From assembly GCA_963745075.1 (NCBI GenBank), contig CAVUWV010000024.1:448443-512442 (forward strand): a stretch of DNA of 64,000 bases. Direction: 5' to 3'. The position numbers were made by a program, and so were the translations under genes. This DNA is from Candidatus Hydrogenedentota bacterium (lineage in GTDB: Bacteria; Hydrogenedentota; Hydrogenedentia; Hydrogenedentales; SLHB01). The notes under the pieces are model-generated. The model ran no database searches. It saw only the letters and a program-made list of their open reading frames with translations, and had not been told where the DNA came from. This document shows positions 9,674-18,986 of the stretch, in pieces. How positions within the stretch are numbered: position 1 is the first letter of the stretch; every line of letters starts with the position of its first letter.

Positions 9674-9845
9674 GAAGAACATCCCCCTTGATCCCCCTTT
9701 AAAGGGGGAAATGAGCAACGCTTTGCGTTGCTAATAGGGCGACTCTCTGTTTCCTGCGGAACACGAGGCGGTTTTCCAGTCAGAGACTGTAGCCGAGCGG
9801 TATTCCCCCTTCGAACGGGGTGGCCCGCAGGGCCGGGGGATGTTC
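9674..9845. repeat. ~165-bp intergenic inverted-repeat element, copy 1
   Basis: GAACATCCCCCTTGATCCCCCTT.AAAGGGGG arm, a more diverged right arm ending GGGGGATGTTC, and an internal GCAACGCTTTGCGTTGC palindrome. Confidence 0.8.
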
Positions 9846-9892
9846 GTTATCATAACGCGCAGGCTCGAAGCGAGTACTATTGAGGACAGCAG

Positions 9893-10627
9893 ATGGCATT
9901 GGTACACGAAAGCGAGAATCTAGACCGGCTGAACACGTTGGGTCCGGAGGAACTGATCGCTTGGGCGGCCGCCGAATTTGGCGACCGCGCCGGGATCATT
10001 ACCAGCTTCCAGAATACCGGCTGCGTCATGGTCGACATGGCCAGCCGCGTTGCGCCCGCCACGCGTGTGCTTACCGTGGACACGCTACGCCTGCCCGACG
10101 AGACCTATGCTTTCATGGACACTATCGAGAATCGGTATCGCATCGAGATCGAGCGGTTCAGACCCGATCCCGAGCGCGTCGAACGGATGATCGACCAGCA
10201 CGGCGAGTATCTTTTTTTTGACAGCAAGCCCAAGCAGGAATACTGCTGCCGAGTCCGGAAAGTCGAGCCAAATCAACGCGCTCTGGCGACGGTAGATGTA
10301 TGGATTACCGGACTCCGTCACGACCAGTCCGAGGCCCGGAAAGAGACCCCGAAGGCCTCCGTCATCATGCAGGGCGACCACCGTATCATCAAGCTGGCGC
10401 CGTTGGTTGACTGGACGGAAGACCAAGTGCGCCAGTACATCGCAGACCACGACGTACCGTACAGCCCCTTGTATGATATGGGTTACACGAGCATCGGGTG
10501 CAAAATCTGCACCACCCCGACCAAGCCATGGGAAGACAAGCGGGCCGGCCGTTGGCGCTGGTTCAACCAGTCGCAAGACGGGAGTCACAAGGAATGCGGC
10601 ATCCACCTTGGCGGCAGTGGGATCTAG
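9893..10627 (+). CDS. cysH: APS/PAPS reductase (Fe-S, APS type)
   Basis: YCCRVRKVEP, WITGLR, YTSIGCKICT, GRW and ECGIH motifs. The CC...CxxC pattern indicates the Fe-S APS-reductase type. Confidence 0.93.
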   Translation: MALVHESENLDRLNTLGPEELIAWAAAEFGDRAGIITSFQNTGCVMVDMASRVAPATRVLTVDTLRLPDETYAFMDTIENRYRIEIERFRPDPERVERMIDQHGEYLFFDSKPKQEYCCRVRKVEPNQRALATVDVWITGLRHDQSEARKETPKASVIMQGDHRIIKLAPLVDWTEDQVRQYIADHDVPYSPLYDMGYTSIGCKICTTPTKPWEDKRAGRWRWFNQSQDGSHKECGIHLGGSGI

Positions 10628-10652
10628 TTGCGCGAGGTTGTATCGTAACGGC

Positions 10653-10739
10653 GTTACAGACCGTTACGGTCTGTAACAGGTTTTTACGATCTACGTATAC
10701 GTCCCGGGTATACCGAACCTACCCGGGACGTACTCTTTT
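10653..10739 (+). terminator. Two tandem hairpins with T-tails after cysH
   Basis: GTTACAGACCG-tta-CGGTCTGTAAC-aggttttt, then TACGTCCCGGGTA...TACCCGGGACGTA-ctctttt. Confidence 0.55.
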
Positions 10740-10901
10740 CAACGCTAGTCCGCGGTAGGGCGCAGCAGGCCAATCGCTTACACGAGCGTGGCCGACCGTC
10801 TTCCCCGTTTGGCACCATTCCTGTTACTGTCTCTCCTCTACGGATGGCTGTGTTCCCTCGCAAACGTCACTAGGTGTCCGTTACGAAATCGGAGAGAAAC
10901 C

Positions 10902-11423
10902 ATGAAATGTACAACGTATCGGGAGGCCATTGCGCGATATGGGGACGTGGACGTGCCGAGTTGCACGTGGCGGGGCGAAGCGCAGTGGATGGTTCTCTTC
11001 GATGTTCCGCAGGACATTGCCTCTTCGTGGATCAACGCGGCATCGGGACGCGGCATGCCGACCCGGCGCATTTACTGCAATCAGGACTTGGTGGGCCCCT
11101 TGCGTCGAGCCTTGGAGAACATCCGCAACGCCGGCTTGACCGCTGAACTCAAGACCTTCGACGGCTGCTTCGACATACGGCTTGTCGGGCGTGGTTCCGG
11201 AAAGGTTTCCACGCATGCGTACGGACTGGCAATCGACATCAATGCGGCCGAGAATCCCCAAGGGGCGCCGCCCACGCTCTCCCTCGAATTGGTTCACTGC
11301 TGGGAAGACGCCGGTTTCGATTGGGGTGGACGATTCCAGCGATCGGATGGGATGCACTTCTCCTACGCCTGGGAAACGACCCACAATCCGGTGTTTGACA
11401 AAGCGGTTCGCCAGCGCGTATAG
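10902..11423 (+). CDS. M15-family peptidoglycan peptidase (Peptidase_M15_4-like)
   Basis: STHAYGLAIDIN and WGGRF..SDGMHF motifs. RBS GGAGAG precedes ATG at 10902. Confidence 0.88.
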   Translation: MKCTTYREAIARYGDVDVPSCTWRGEAQWMVLFDVPQDIASSWINAASGRGMPTRRIYCNQDLVGPLRRALENIRNAGLTAELKTFDGCFDIRLVGRGSGKVSTHAYGLAIDINAAENPQGAPPTLSLELVHCWEDAGFDWGGRFQRSDGMHFSYAWETTHNPVFDKAVRQRV

Positions 11424-11525
11424 CCTTGCCTCAGCGCGTTGAACGATTGCAACAGCAGGTGCCAGATAGTTAACATCCGCTGTCGCCGTGTAACATGTGC
11501 CGAGTAAATCCAAGAGGAACCTCCC

Positions 11526-12350
11526 GTGAGCCGTCCAGTCCTGCGATTATTCGATGGGTTCGATCACACCAACCCGGAGCTTCGCGACGAGGTTCGCGAA
11601 CTTCAAGAACTCCTGACCCAAGCCGGATACGAACTGAATGCCGACGGTCTCTTCGGCCGCGAAACCGAGATGATGGTCAAACGGCTGCAACGGGATCGCG
11701 GCCTCGATGATGACGGCATCGTCGCGAACAGATCGTGGGCCGCGTTGCTCGACACGGGCGTTCCCGAGGTCGGTGATAGTCTCGACACCAGCTATCCCCG
11801 CGACCATGCCCCGCTGAATCCCCAGCTTGAACTGGTGGATACGTACCGCACCTGGATCGAAGAAGGTGCGCAACGCACCGGGGTCCGACCGGCCATCATC
11901 TGCGGTATCGGATCCCGCGAATCCGACTGGGGGCTGGGCCTGACGCCGGCCGGACCCACGGGCACCGGAGATAGGAATCCCCGATCAAAGTCGAAACCGT
12001 TCCGGACGGGACCGTTGCCGCCGGATGGGGGAGGGTTTGGGCGCGGTCTGATGCAGATCGATTTCGACGCCCACGAATTCGCGCGTACCGGTCCCTGGCA
12101 CCAGCCCGAGGCCAATATCTATTACGGCTGCATGGTGTTGAAGGGTTCCCTGAGCGTGATTCGCCGACGCACCGATCTGGAGGGGGTGCCGCAGTTGCGG
12201 GCGGGCATCGCCGGGTACAACTGCGGCGCGGGCAATGTCCTGAAGGCGCTCGAACAAGGGCGCGATGTCGACTACTATACCGCGCATCGGGACTACTCGC
12301 GCGAAGTGCTGAATCGCGCCGGCTGGTTCCACCTGCACGGCTGGGCCTGA
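11526..12350 (+). CDS. Peptidoglycan-binding domain plus goose-type (GH23) lysozyme
   Basis: N-terminal PG_binding_1 (VRELQELL, DGLFG, DGIV). Lysozyme-g motifs GIGSRES, GLMQID, AGYNCGAGNV, DYSREVLNRA. Confidence 0.87.
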   Translation: MSRPVLRLFDGFDHTNPELRDEVRELQELLTQAGYELNADGLFGRETEMMVKRLQRDRGLDDDGIVANRSWAALLDTGVPEVGDSLDTSYPRDHAPLNPQLELVDTYRTWIEEGAQRTGVRPAIICGIGSRESDWGLGLTPAGPTGTGDRNPRSKSKPFRTGPLPPDGGGFGRGLMQIDFDAHEFARTGPWHQPEANIYYGCMVLKGSLSVIRRRTDLEGVPQLRAGIAGYNCGAGNVLKALEQGRDVDYYTAHRDYSREVLNRAGWFHLHGWA

Positions 12351-12353
12351 GAT

Positions 12354-13295
12354 TCAGGAATCCGTGTAGTCCGACCGCCGGTCCCGCCGCCGCGCGAGTT
12401 CGCTCGCATAACGATAGCCGAGGGTGGAAGCGTATTCCGTTGCCCAGTCGGTCAGGCGGGTTTGGCCTGCCGGAGGCGATTCCACGTAGAGCAATCCCTC
12501 CATGAGCCCTTGAATCTCTTCGCGCGTGATGACGACATCATGAAGCAGTTTGCCCATCATCCAGCCGGATGCATAGCCCAAAGCCGGGGGCATAGACAGG
12601 ATGGGACGTTCTTTGCCGATGATCTTGCCCACCGTCCGGACCAGTTCGCGGAACGTGAACGTCTCCGGACCAATCGCATCGATGACGGCATCTTCATTTG
12701 CTGCTCCTTGTTGCACCGCGAGCGCGGCCAGGTCGTCAACGTAGATCGGCTGTAGTTTGTATTTGCCGTCACCGAACACGCCGAACACGGGAAAGCGGCG
12801 CAGTATCCAGGCGATGTTGTTGATGAGAATGTCTTCCTTCCCGAACAACACCGTGGGTCGCAGGATCGCGTACGACATCCCCGATTCCTTCAAGGCCCGC
12901 TCCAGCCGAGCCTTTCCGATGAAGTACTCGAGCGGGGAATCCTCCGACGGATTCGTGATGCTGATATGCACGATGCGGCGTACCCCAGCGCCCTTGGCCG
13001 CATCGAAGAGGGTCAGCGTATTCTCCACCGCGTCGGCGTGCGTAAAGCTCTTGTGATTGAACCGCACCCAATAGGTGTTGTAGAGCACGTCAACGCCCTG
13101 CAGTGACTTCGCGAGTCGATCGGGTTCATCGAAGTGAAAGGGGAACGGCCGAACGTCTTTCCCGAATGGATTCCGGCGGTCCAACGAATTGGTCAACGTG
13201 ATAACCGGAACGCCGCGCGCGAGCAAACGCTTGGCAATATACTTGCCCGAGTACCCGAAGGCGCCAGTCACCGCATGTATCCCGCTATCGTTCAT
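12354..13295 (-). CDS. NAD-dependent epimerase/SDR (NDUFA9-like)
   Basis: VTGAFGYSG Rossmann motif, Y...K, ILRPTVLFG, LQPIYVDDLA. Confidence 0.88.
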   Translation of the reverse strand: MNDSGIHAVTGAFGYSGKYIAKRLLARGVPVITLTNSLDRRNPFGKDVRPFPFHFDEPDRLAKSLQGVDVLYNTYWVRFNHKSFTHADAVENTLTLFDAAKGAGVRRIVHISITNPSEDSPLEYFIGKARLERALKESGMSYAILRPTVLFGKEDILINNIAWILRRFPVFGVFGDGKYKLQPIYVDDLAALAVQQGAANEDAVIDAIGPETFTFRELVRTVGKIIGKERPILSMPPALGYASGWMMGKLLHDVVITREEIQGLMEGLLYVESPPAGQTRLTDWATEYASTLGYRYASELARRRDRRSDYTDS

Positions 13296-13307
13296 ATGGT
13301 GATTCCG

Positions 13308-14458
13308 CTATGGCTTCTCCGCGGCGCGCAGGGAGGACGGCATCGCCGGCACCGGAATCCGTTCGCCCGTGTCGGTCACCTTCTCACCATCCACCCGGTA
13401 AAGCCAGAGTTCACGAAGCGGGTGGCATTGAACGATGATGTATTTGCCATCCGGCGAGAAGGCTACGCCCTCTGGAATAGGCCCGGTCGGCAAGGATCTG
13501 AACCTTTTCAAAGGTCGAACCGCGCCGCGCGAGAATGGCCAATTGTCCTCCGTCTGCGTGCAGGGGATTGTCTGGGGGGATATTCGAACCAGCCATGAGC
13601 ACGACCGCGACCAGTCGACTGTCGGGACTGATCTCCATGGACTCCGGATTCGAGCCGAAAGGCACGTAGTCGGTCGTATGCGGCGGGTCGGCCTTCAAAT
13701 CTACGACCGTCAGCGCGTCGGTATCTGGATATCCCTGGCCCGAACCGGCGGTCAGCGCGAACTTGCCGTCCGGGCTGATTACGCAACGGTACGGATTGCC
13801 GCACACCGAGAACTTGGTGTCCGTCGTGACGAGCTTGCCATTCTCGATCTTCAACAACGCGAGATAGCCGCCCCCGTTGATACTGGCGATCGCCAAGGTC
13901 CCATCCGGACTGATGGAGACATCCGACACTTCGTCTTTCGGGATCGCAGACCTTGACCGTTTGTTCGACGGCGACTTTCTTACCGTTGATGGACAGTTTG
14001 GAGATGGTTCCCGCAGCGCGGTTCGCCACCAGCGCGAAACTTCCGTCCCGCGCGATGGACATGCCCGAGGGTTGCGGGTCGGTCTTTATGTCTTCAATCA
14101 CCTTGGGCGGATTGGCCGTGAGGTCGAGCACGTGAACGATATTGTCGGGAATCCATTGCCCAGGCTTGTCCGGGTCGGGCAGCGTTGAACTCGCGATGAG
14201 CGCGAGCTTTTCGTCCGGCGTAATGGCGATATTCGACGGCGGTCCGATCACGCTGTTCCGCACGTTCGCCACGTTCGTTACCTTCGGCGGAAAGGTGGAG
14301 AAATCCAGAATCGTCAGCGAATCCGGCGGTGCGTCCGGCAACACCACGGCCGTGCCGCTGCTGAGGTCGATTTTGGCTTCATTCCCGGAGATGACGATTT
14401 GACCGTTTGCGGCCAGCGCTATTAAAGCGGCGATCAAAATGGTTCCCGCGATTCTCAT
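13308..14458 (-). CDS. Secreted YncE/lactonase-type beta-propeller protein (two frameshifts)
   Basis: Signal peptide. Repeated AITPDEK/ISPDGT/ISPDGK/FSPDGK blades across three ORFs. Confidence 0.8.
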
Positions 14459-14623
14459 GACTGCTCCCTCAGGGTTGTAACTTGTCGGATTTAATCTAAT
14501 TGACGAATCATAGCGCATAAAACCGGTGTCAACAACTCCGATTGGATTCTGATGGTCCAATTACGGCGAAGGGCCAGATGCTGTTGCCGGATTGCCGGGG
14601 CATTGAGTCCCGGATAATGGAGA

Positions 14624-14787
14624 AAAGACCACAGCCGAGGGCGGCTGTGCCACACGCCTACCTGATAAGACCAAATCCCTGTTCCCCCGTCGCAGGTTCG
14701 GCCCGTTTCAGAGACATCGACGGGGATTCCCAAAAACCGAGTAATCACCAAGCGAGTGTGGCACAGCCGCCCTCGGCTGTGGTCTTT
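14624..14787. repeat. REP-like inverted pair with 32-bp arms
   Basis: AAAGACCACAGCCGAGGGCGGCTGTGCCACAC (14624-14655) and its exact reverse complement (14756-14787). Confidence 0.85.
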
Positions 14788-15664
14788 ACTGCCGGATGAC
14801 TGCCAGCAGCATCACGGCAACATAAAGACTGCTCGCGCCCAATTGCCGCAGGCCTAACTGCGTGGGCTTGACGCCCGCCGGAGGCCGGATGGTCGCGTGC
14901 ACGATATCCGCGACCGGCACCAGATACGCCGCCGCGACCAGCCAGGGCACCAACCCGGCCAAGGCAGTAATACCGGCAACCAGCAAGCACGCTCCGGCCA
15001 AAGGAATCGTCGTCGCCAGAACCGTCCGGGCATGCTCCACGTCGCCGAGCATTTTGGTGCGCCGGAGTTCCAGGATTTTGGATACGTGCACGACCGTCGT
15101 CACGGAGTGAAGTGTCACCAATACCCAGAGGATCCACGGTTCGGCGATGCCGGTGCCGCCGCAGGTCCAGTAGGCAGCTGGGAGCGCGAGGGCCAGCACC
15201 GCGGCCGTCGCGTATTCCATCCCCCGCTGGTGCCGTTCACTCTTGCGGCTGACGAGGTAGAAGTACTGGAGCAGCAACGGCATCGCGACGACACCCAGGA
15301 GCAACACCTTCGCGTGGCCAAGGAAGACGAGTCCCGCGGCCCCGATTGCGCAGAACATGCCGTACAAACAGGTCCAGAACAACGCGGGGGGGAGGTCCGA
15401 CCGTGGGCGTAGTCCGCTGAGCACCTTGACCGCCAAGGTCAAGGGTTGGCGCATCAGATACGCCGCCAGTGCCGTAACAATCAGCACCAGCAAGTCTACG
15501 CGCAAAACGCCACCCGCCGCCGCGCCGATCAACAACGGCCCAATCCACCACACCCACGCGCCATGCTCCGGCGGGATAGCGTAATGTTTGCGCAAAACGC
15601 GGCGGAAGCCGCTTGGTCTACGAACGGGTCCGTCCCGTTTCGTTTTGTCGCGTTCGTTTGTCAA
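14786..15664 (-). CDS. YwiC-like membrane protein
   Basis: IPPEHGAWVWW N-terminal motif, many TM helices, C-terminal KPTQLGLRQ. Confidence 0.8.
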   Translation of the reverse strand: MTNERDKTKRDGPVRRPSGFRRVLRKHYAIPPEHGAWVWWIGPLLIGAAAGGVLRVDLLVLIVTALAAYLMRQPLTLAVKVLSGLRPRSDLPPALFWTCLYGMFCAIGAAGLVFLGHAKVLLLGVVAMPLLLQYFYLVSRKSERHQRGMEYATAAVLALALPAAYWTCGGTGIAEPWILWVLVTLHSVTTVVHVSKILELRRTKMLGDVEHARTVLATTIPLAGACLLVAGITALAGLVPWLVAAAYLVPVADIVHATIRPPAGVKPTQLGLRQLGASSLYVAVMLLAVIRQ

Positions 15665-15676
15665 CGTTGCGCGTCG

Positions 15677-17104
15677 CTACTTGTTTTGTCCCGACGTAAA
15701 CGCCAAATCGTCGAAATAGACGTCCACGCAATGTCCGCCCTGGTTGTAACTCAGTACACCGAACCGATCGAAGGTGGCGCCACCCTCACGTATACCGGGG
15801 GGCAGGTCCATGGCCGCTTGCTGACCGTCGAGCGTGGCAATGATTTGGCCTTGGCCGTTGTTGGCTTTGGGATCGTAGGTGAGCGTCCAGGTGTGGGGCG
15901 TGCTGTCCGCGTGAATGACGGGACCTTCGTTCATCGTTGCGCCGGCACCCTTGGCATTGGCGAAGGAGGGCCGGAAGTAGTGGCCGATCCGGCTGGGGCC
16001 TTCGATAAACACGCCGAGGAAGTTCGAGGGCGGCGTGCCGATGGGCGTTTGACTGTTGTACCAACCAATGAGGACGCCGCTGTCGGCCGACCCGAGTTCC
16101 AGGTCGACTTTGCCGGACGCGTGGAGTTCGTCATCCAGGTTTAGCGGTTGAACCGGCGTGCCGTACCAGAGCGAGTTCTCGGGACGGTTGTTCTCGATGC
16201 GCCAAACGATCCCGCCGATCTCGCCGGGTTTGCCGCCGGCGTGGTTCGTCTCGCGAAATCCGAAATCGTGATAGGGACGCACGCCGCGGTCCACAAACGT
16301 CAGTTCATTGTTCTCTCCTTCCCATTGCGGGTCGTCGTTGAACGCGTAGGTTTCGCCGTTGACGACGAGATCGTCGAACCAGACCTCCATACCGTCACCG
16401 GAGATCTGCTGGTTGAACACACCGAAGCGGTCGAAGATGGCGCCGTCTTCCTTGTGACCCTCGGCAAGCGCGGCACGATACTCGACGCCGTCGAGTGTAA
16501 AGACCATTTCGCCGCGGCCGTCCGCGCCGTCCGGGTTGTACTCGAAGGTATACGTGTGCGGCGTGCCGTCCGCCTTGTGCATGGGCGTCTTCGTGGTTTG
16601 ATACCGGCCCTCGAAGGTGGTCCCGTCACCGGTCATCCAGTGCTGCGTCCCGTACTCGAAAAAGATGCGAAACGCATTGCTCTCGCCGTCGATCCGGACC
16701 GCCAGCGAATTCGGCGTGCGCCACCCGCGCGACGCGCTGTTGAACCACCCGATCAACACGCCGCTGCCGCCTTCGGAATGGGTGACCGCAAACTCCCCGG
16801 ACACGTTTAAATGGTCGTTCAGCGTCTTGGTTTCGGTAGGCAACGCGTAAAAACACGGCGTCAACGAACGGAAGATCGTTCCACCGATTTCGCCCGGTTC
16901 ACCGCCCGCATGGTTCGACTCCTGAAAGCGAAAGTCCTGCGTTTTCTCCTTCCCGGCATCCGGCGGCGGCACGTTGTTATGTCCTTCCCACCCGGGATCG
17001 CGGTCGAAGGACTCATGCATCAGGACGGGCGCGGCCCATCCGCTCAGCGGGACCGCCAGAAGCATCAAACCCATCCATTTGAATACCGTATTCATATGCC
17101 ACAC
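15677..17104 (-). CDS. Secreted hypothetical protein with two tandem homologous domains
   Basis: Signal peptide. Duplicated DP.WEG.NN, NHAGG.PGEIGG, GVLIGW.NS and GA.FDRFGV motifs. Confidence 0.8.
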   Translation of the reverse strand: MWHMNTVFKWMGLMLLAVPLSGWAAPVLMHESFDRDPGWEGHNNVPPPDAGKEKTQDFRFQESNHAGGEPGEIGGTIFRSLTPCFYALPTETKTLNDHLNVSGEFAVTHSEGGSGVLIGWFNSASRGWRTPNSLAVRIDGESNAFRIFFEYGTQHWMTGDGTTFEGRYQTTKTPMHKADGTPHTYTFEYNPDGADGRGEMVFTLDGVEYRAALAEGHKEDGAIFDRFGVFNQQISGDGMEVWFDDLVVNGETYAFNDDPQWEGENNELTFVDRGVRPYHDFGFRETNHAGGKPGEIGGIVWRIENNRPENSLWYGTPVQPLNLDDELHASGKVDLELGSADSGVLIGWYNSQTPIGTPPSNFLGVFIEGPSRIGHYFRPSFANAKGAGATMNEGPVIHADSTPHTWTLTYDPKANNGQGQIIATLDGQQAAMDLPPGIREGGATFDRFGVLSYNQGGHCVDVYFDDLAFTSGQNK

Positions 17105-17286
17105 CTTCTAATCTTTGCCACCGTATTCCGCCTACCTTAGACGATTGCCTCGCGCTAGTGCCAGCCGTGGCGGCCAACCTCGGAGTTGGCGTCATGCGAT
17201 GTGAATTACGCTCTTGGCATCCATTTCCGGTCATTTTCGGATGCGCCGCACCGCGATCACTGTCCCGGGACCGTTCACGTCAACGG

Positions 17287-17315
17287 TTGACAACGCGCGC
17301 GCGGCGTATTAGTAT
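17287..17315 (+). promoter_or_regulatory. Sigma70-type promoter
   Basis: TTGACA-17 bp-TAGTAT, facing the 18987 gene. Confidence 0.6.
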
Positions 17316-17524
17316 TTAATCGTGAATGCAATCACGATTGAATCCTGGCGCTTGGGGGAGGACCCAACCGAAGTGTGTTGGTTGTGCCACGGGGGGGACG
17401 ATCGCGTGTGAGCGTTAGCCGAGATCCTAGCGCGGGGCCGCGGTGGTGTGGTGTCTTTCTGAATCCAACGCTCCGCGCGTCGACGCCATACCGAATCATT
17501 ACGCCCTCAAGCCATAGTCCGAGC

Positions 17525-18849
17525 CAGGGCAATCGCATTAAAAGTCATACCTGCATGAGGAGTTCCTCGAGGTAGTCGTTGTTCCATGCGGCTTGCTTTC
17601 GTTTTCCCTTTACGCCGCGTTTACTGGACTTGTTTCTCTTGACGGTGTTGAGGGCAATCTTGCGGATGGTGTTCATGTTTTCGGCGGCGTGTCCGATTCG
17701 TATTCGGGACTGGTCTTCGTTGAAGGCCACGTCGAGCACCCAATGCAGGCTGTTCTCGATGCCCCAGTGGCTTCGGATGCTTTGTGCAATGGTGGCCACA
17801 TCCTCATCCTTGGCGCTGGTGATGAAGTAGCGGTCTTCGACGGACGTGTCTGCCTTAAGGGTCCGTGTGGCGCGGCACATCACCATGCCACGCAATCCAG
17901 GCCATTTGTCGGCCGTGCCCAGACCCGCGATGTCCTGGGTATACCAGTACTGGCGCTGCTCGATGCGCCCGTGCCCCTTGTCCAGCGTCTCGTGGTAGTG
18001 GTGCTCCATGTGGGCGAAGCCGTCGGCCATGGCGTGCTTGAATTCCATTTCGACGTCCTCGGCCAGGGTCTCCTGGTTGCCTTTTACGGCCAGCAAGTAG
18101 TCGGCGTGGGCGTCGATGATGGTCTTGGCGATCCCGCGCTGACATCCCATCGCGTCGATGGTGACCAGACAGCCCTTCAGGTCCAACTGGCGTACGAGTT
18201 CGGGAATGGCGGTGATCTCGTTGGACTTCTCGTCCACCGTAACCTGCCCCAAGGCCAAGGAAGATTCGCGTGCCCACGCGCTCACTACATGGATGGCCTT
18301 CTTTCCCCTGCCCTGGTCATGGGAACGCCGGGCCGTCTTGCCGTCGATGGCTACTAGGCCCCGGACCCGCCCCTGAATGGCTTTCACCCACTCCCGGAAG
18401 GCTTCCTCGAATTGGTCGGGGTCCAGCAAGCTGAAGACCCGGCCAAAGGTGTCGTGAGAGGGGATACCATTGGGGAGCTTGAGGAAGGTGCGCAGCCAAT
18501 CCTGCTTGGCGTGGCCGAAGTCGGCGATCTCCGTCCAGCTATCGGCGCCGGCGATGGCGGCACAGACGGCGATGGCCATGATGTCGAGCAAGCTATGCTG
18601 CTTCTTGCGGTCCAAGCGGGGGTCCTCGACGCGCCCGAAACACGAAATGAATACGCTGCCATTTTCCGTCATTGGGTTCAATCTCCCTCGTGGTTTGGTT
18701 TCCGGGGAGAGGATATGTTTTCAGATAGTTATATATCAAACTACTATTACTTCGCAGATCGATCCCTCCTGGGAATTCAAGCGGAATACACGGGGTCACG
18801 GACGCGGAGGTGTAGCTAGCGGCGCAGAACTTTTAATGCGATTGCCCTA
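17525..18849 (-). mobile_element. ISAs1-family insertion sequence, complete
   Basis: TIRs CAGGGCAATCGCATTAAAAGT / ACTTTTAATGCGATTGCCCTA. 10-bp target duplication TAGTCCGAGC at 17515-17524 and 18850-18859. Confidence 0.95.
17545..18681 (-). CDS. ISAs1-family transposase
   Basis: GIPSHDTFGRVF, IDGKT, KSNEITAIP, TIDAMGCQ, VKGNQ, HGRIE and HWGIENSLHWVLD motifs. Confidence 0.97.
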   Translation of the reverse strand: MNPMTENGSVFISCFGRVEDPRLDRKKQHSLLDIMAIAVCAAIAGADSWTEIADFGHAKQDWLRTFLKLPNGIPSHDTFGRVFSLLDPDQFEEAFREWVKAIQGRVRGLVAIDGKTARRSHDQGRGKKAIHVVSAWARESSLALGQVTVDEKSNEITAIPELVRQLDLKGCLVTIDAMGCQRGIAKTIIDAHADYLLAVKGNQETLAEDVEMEFKHAMADGFAHMEHHYHETLDKGHGRIEQRQYWYTQDIAGLGTADKWPGLRGMVMCRATRTLKADTSVEDRYFITSAKDEDVATIAQSIRSHWGIENSLHWVLDVAFNEDQSRIRIGHAAENMNTIRKIALNTVKRNKSSKRGVKGKRKQAAWNNDYLEELLMQV

Positions 18850-18986
18850 TAGTCCGAGCGAGATGCCGTTGTACTTGCTTTGATCGTCACCACGCGTATG
18901 CGGAGTCTTGCGTCTGGTCCATTTTGTTGTTGTTCGCGATCGGGCGCATCACCGTCCTGCGTGGACCACGGTAGGGAGGGGTCAAC

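Noticed and set aside
326..12350. Intact prophage
   Set aside because: No integrase, portal, capsid or tail genes, and the cys genes interrupt the region.
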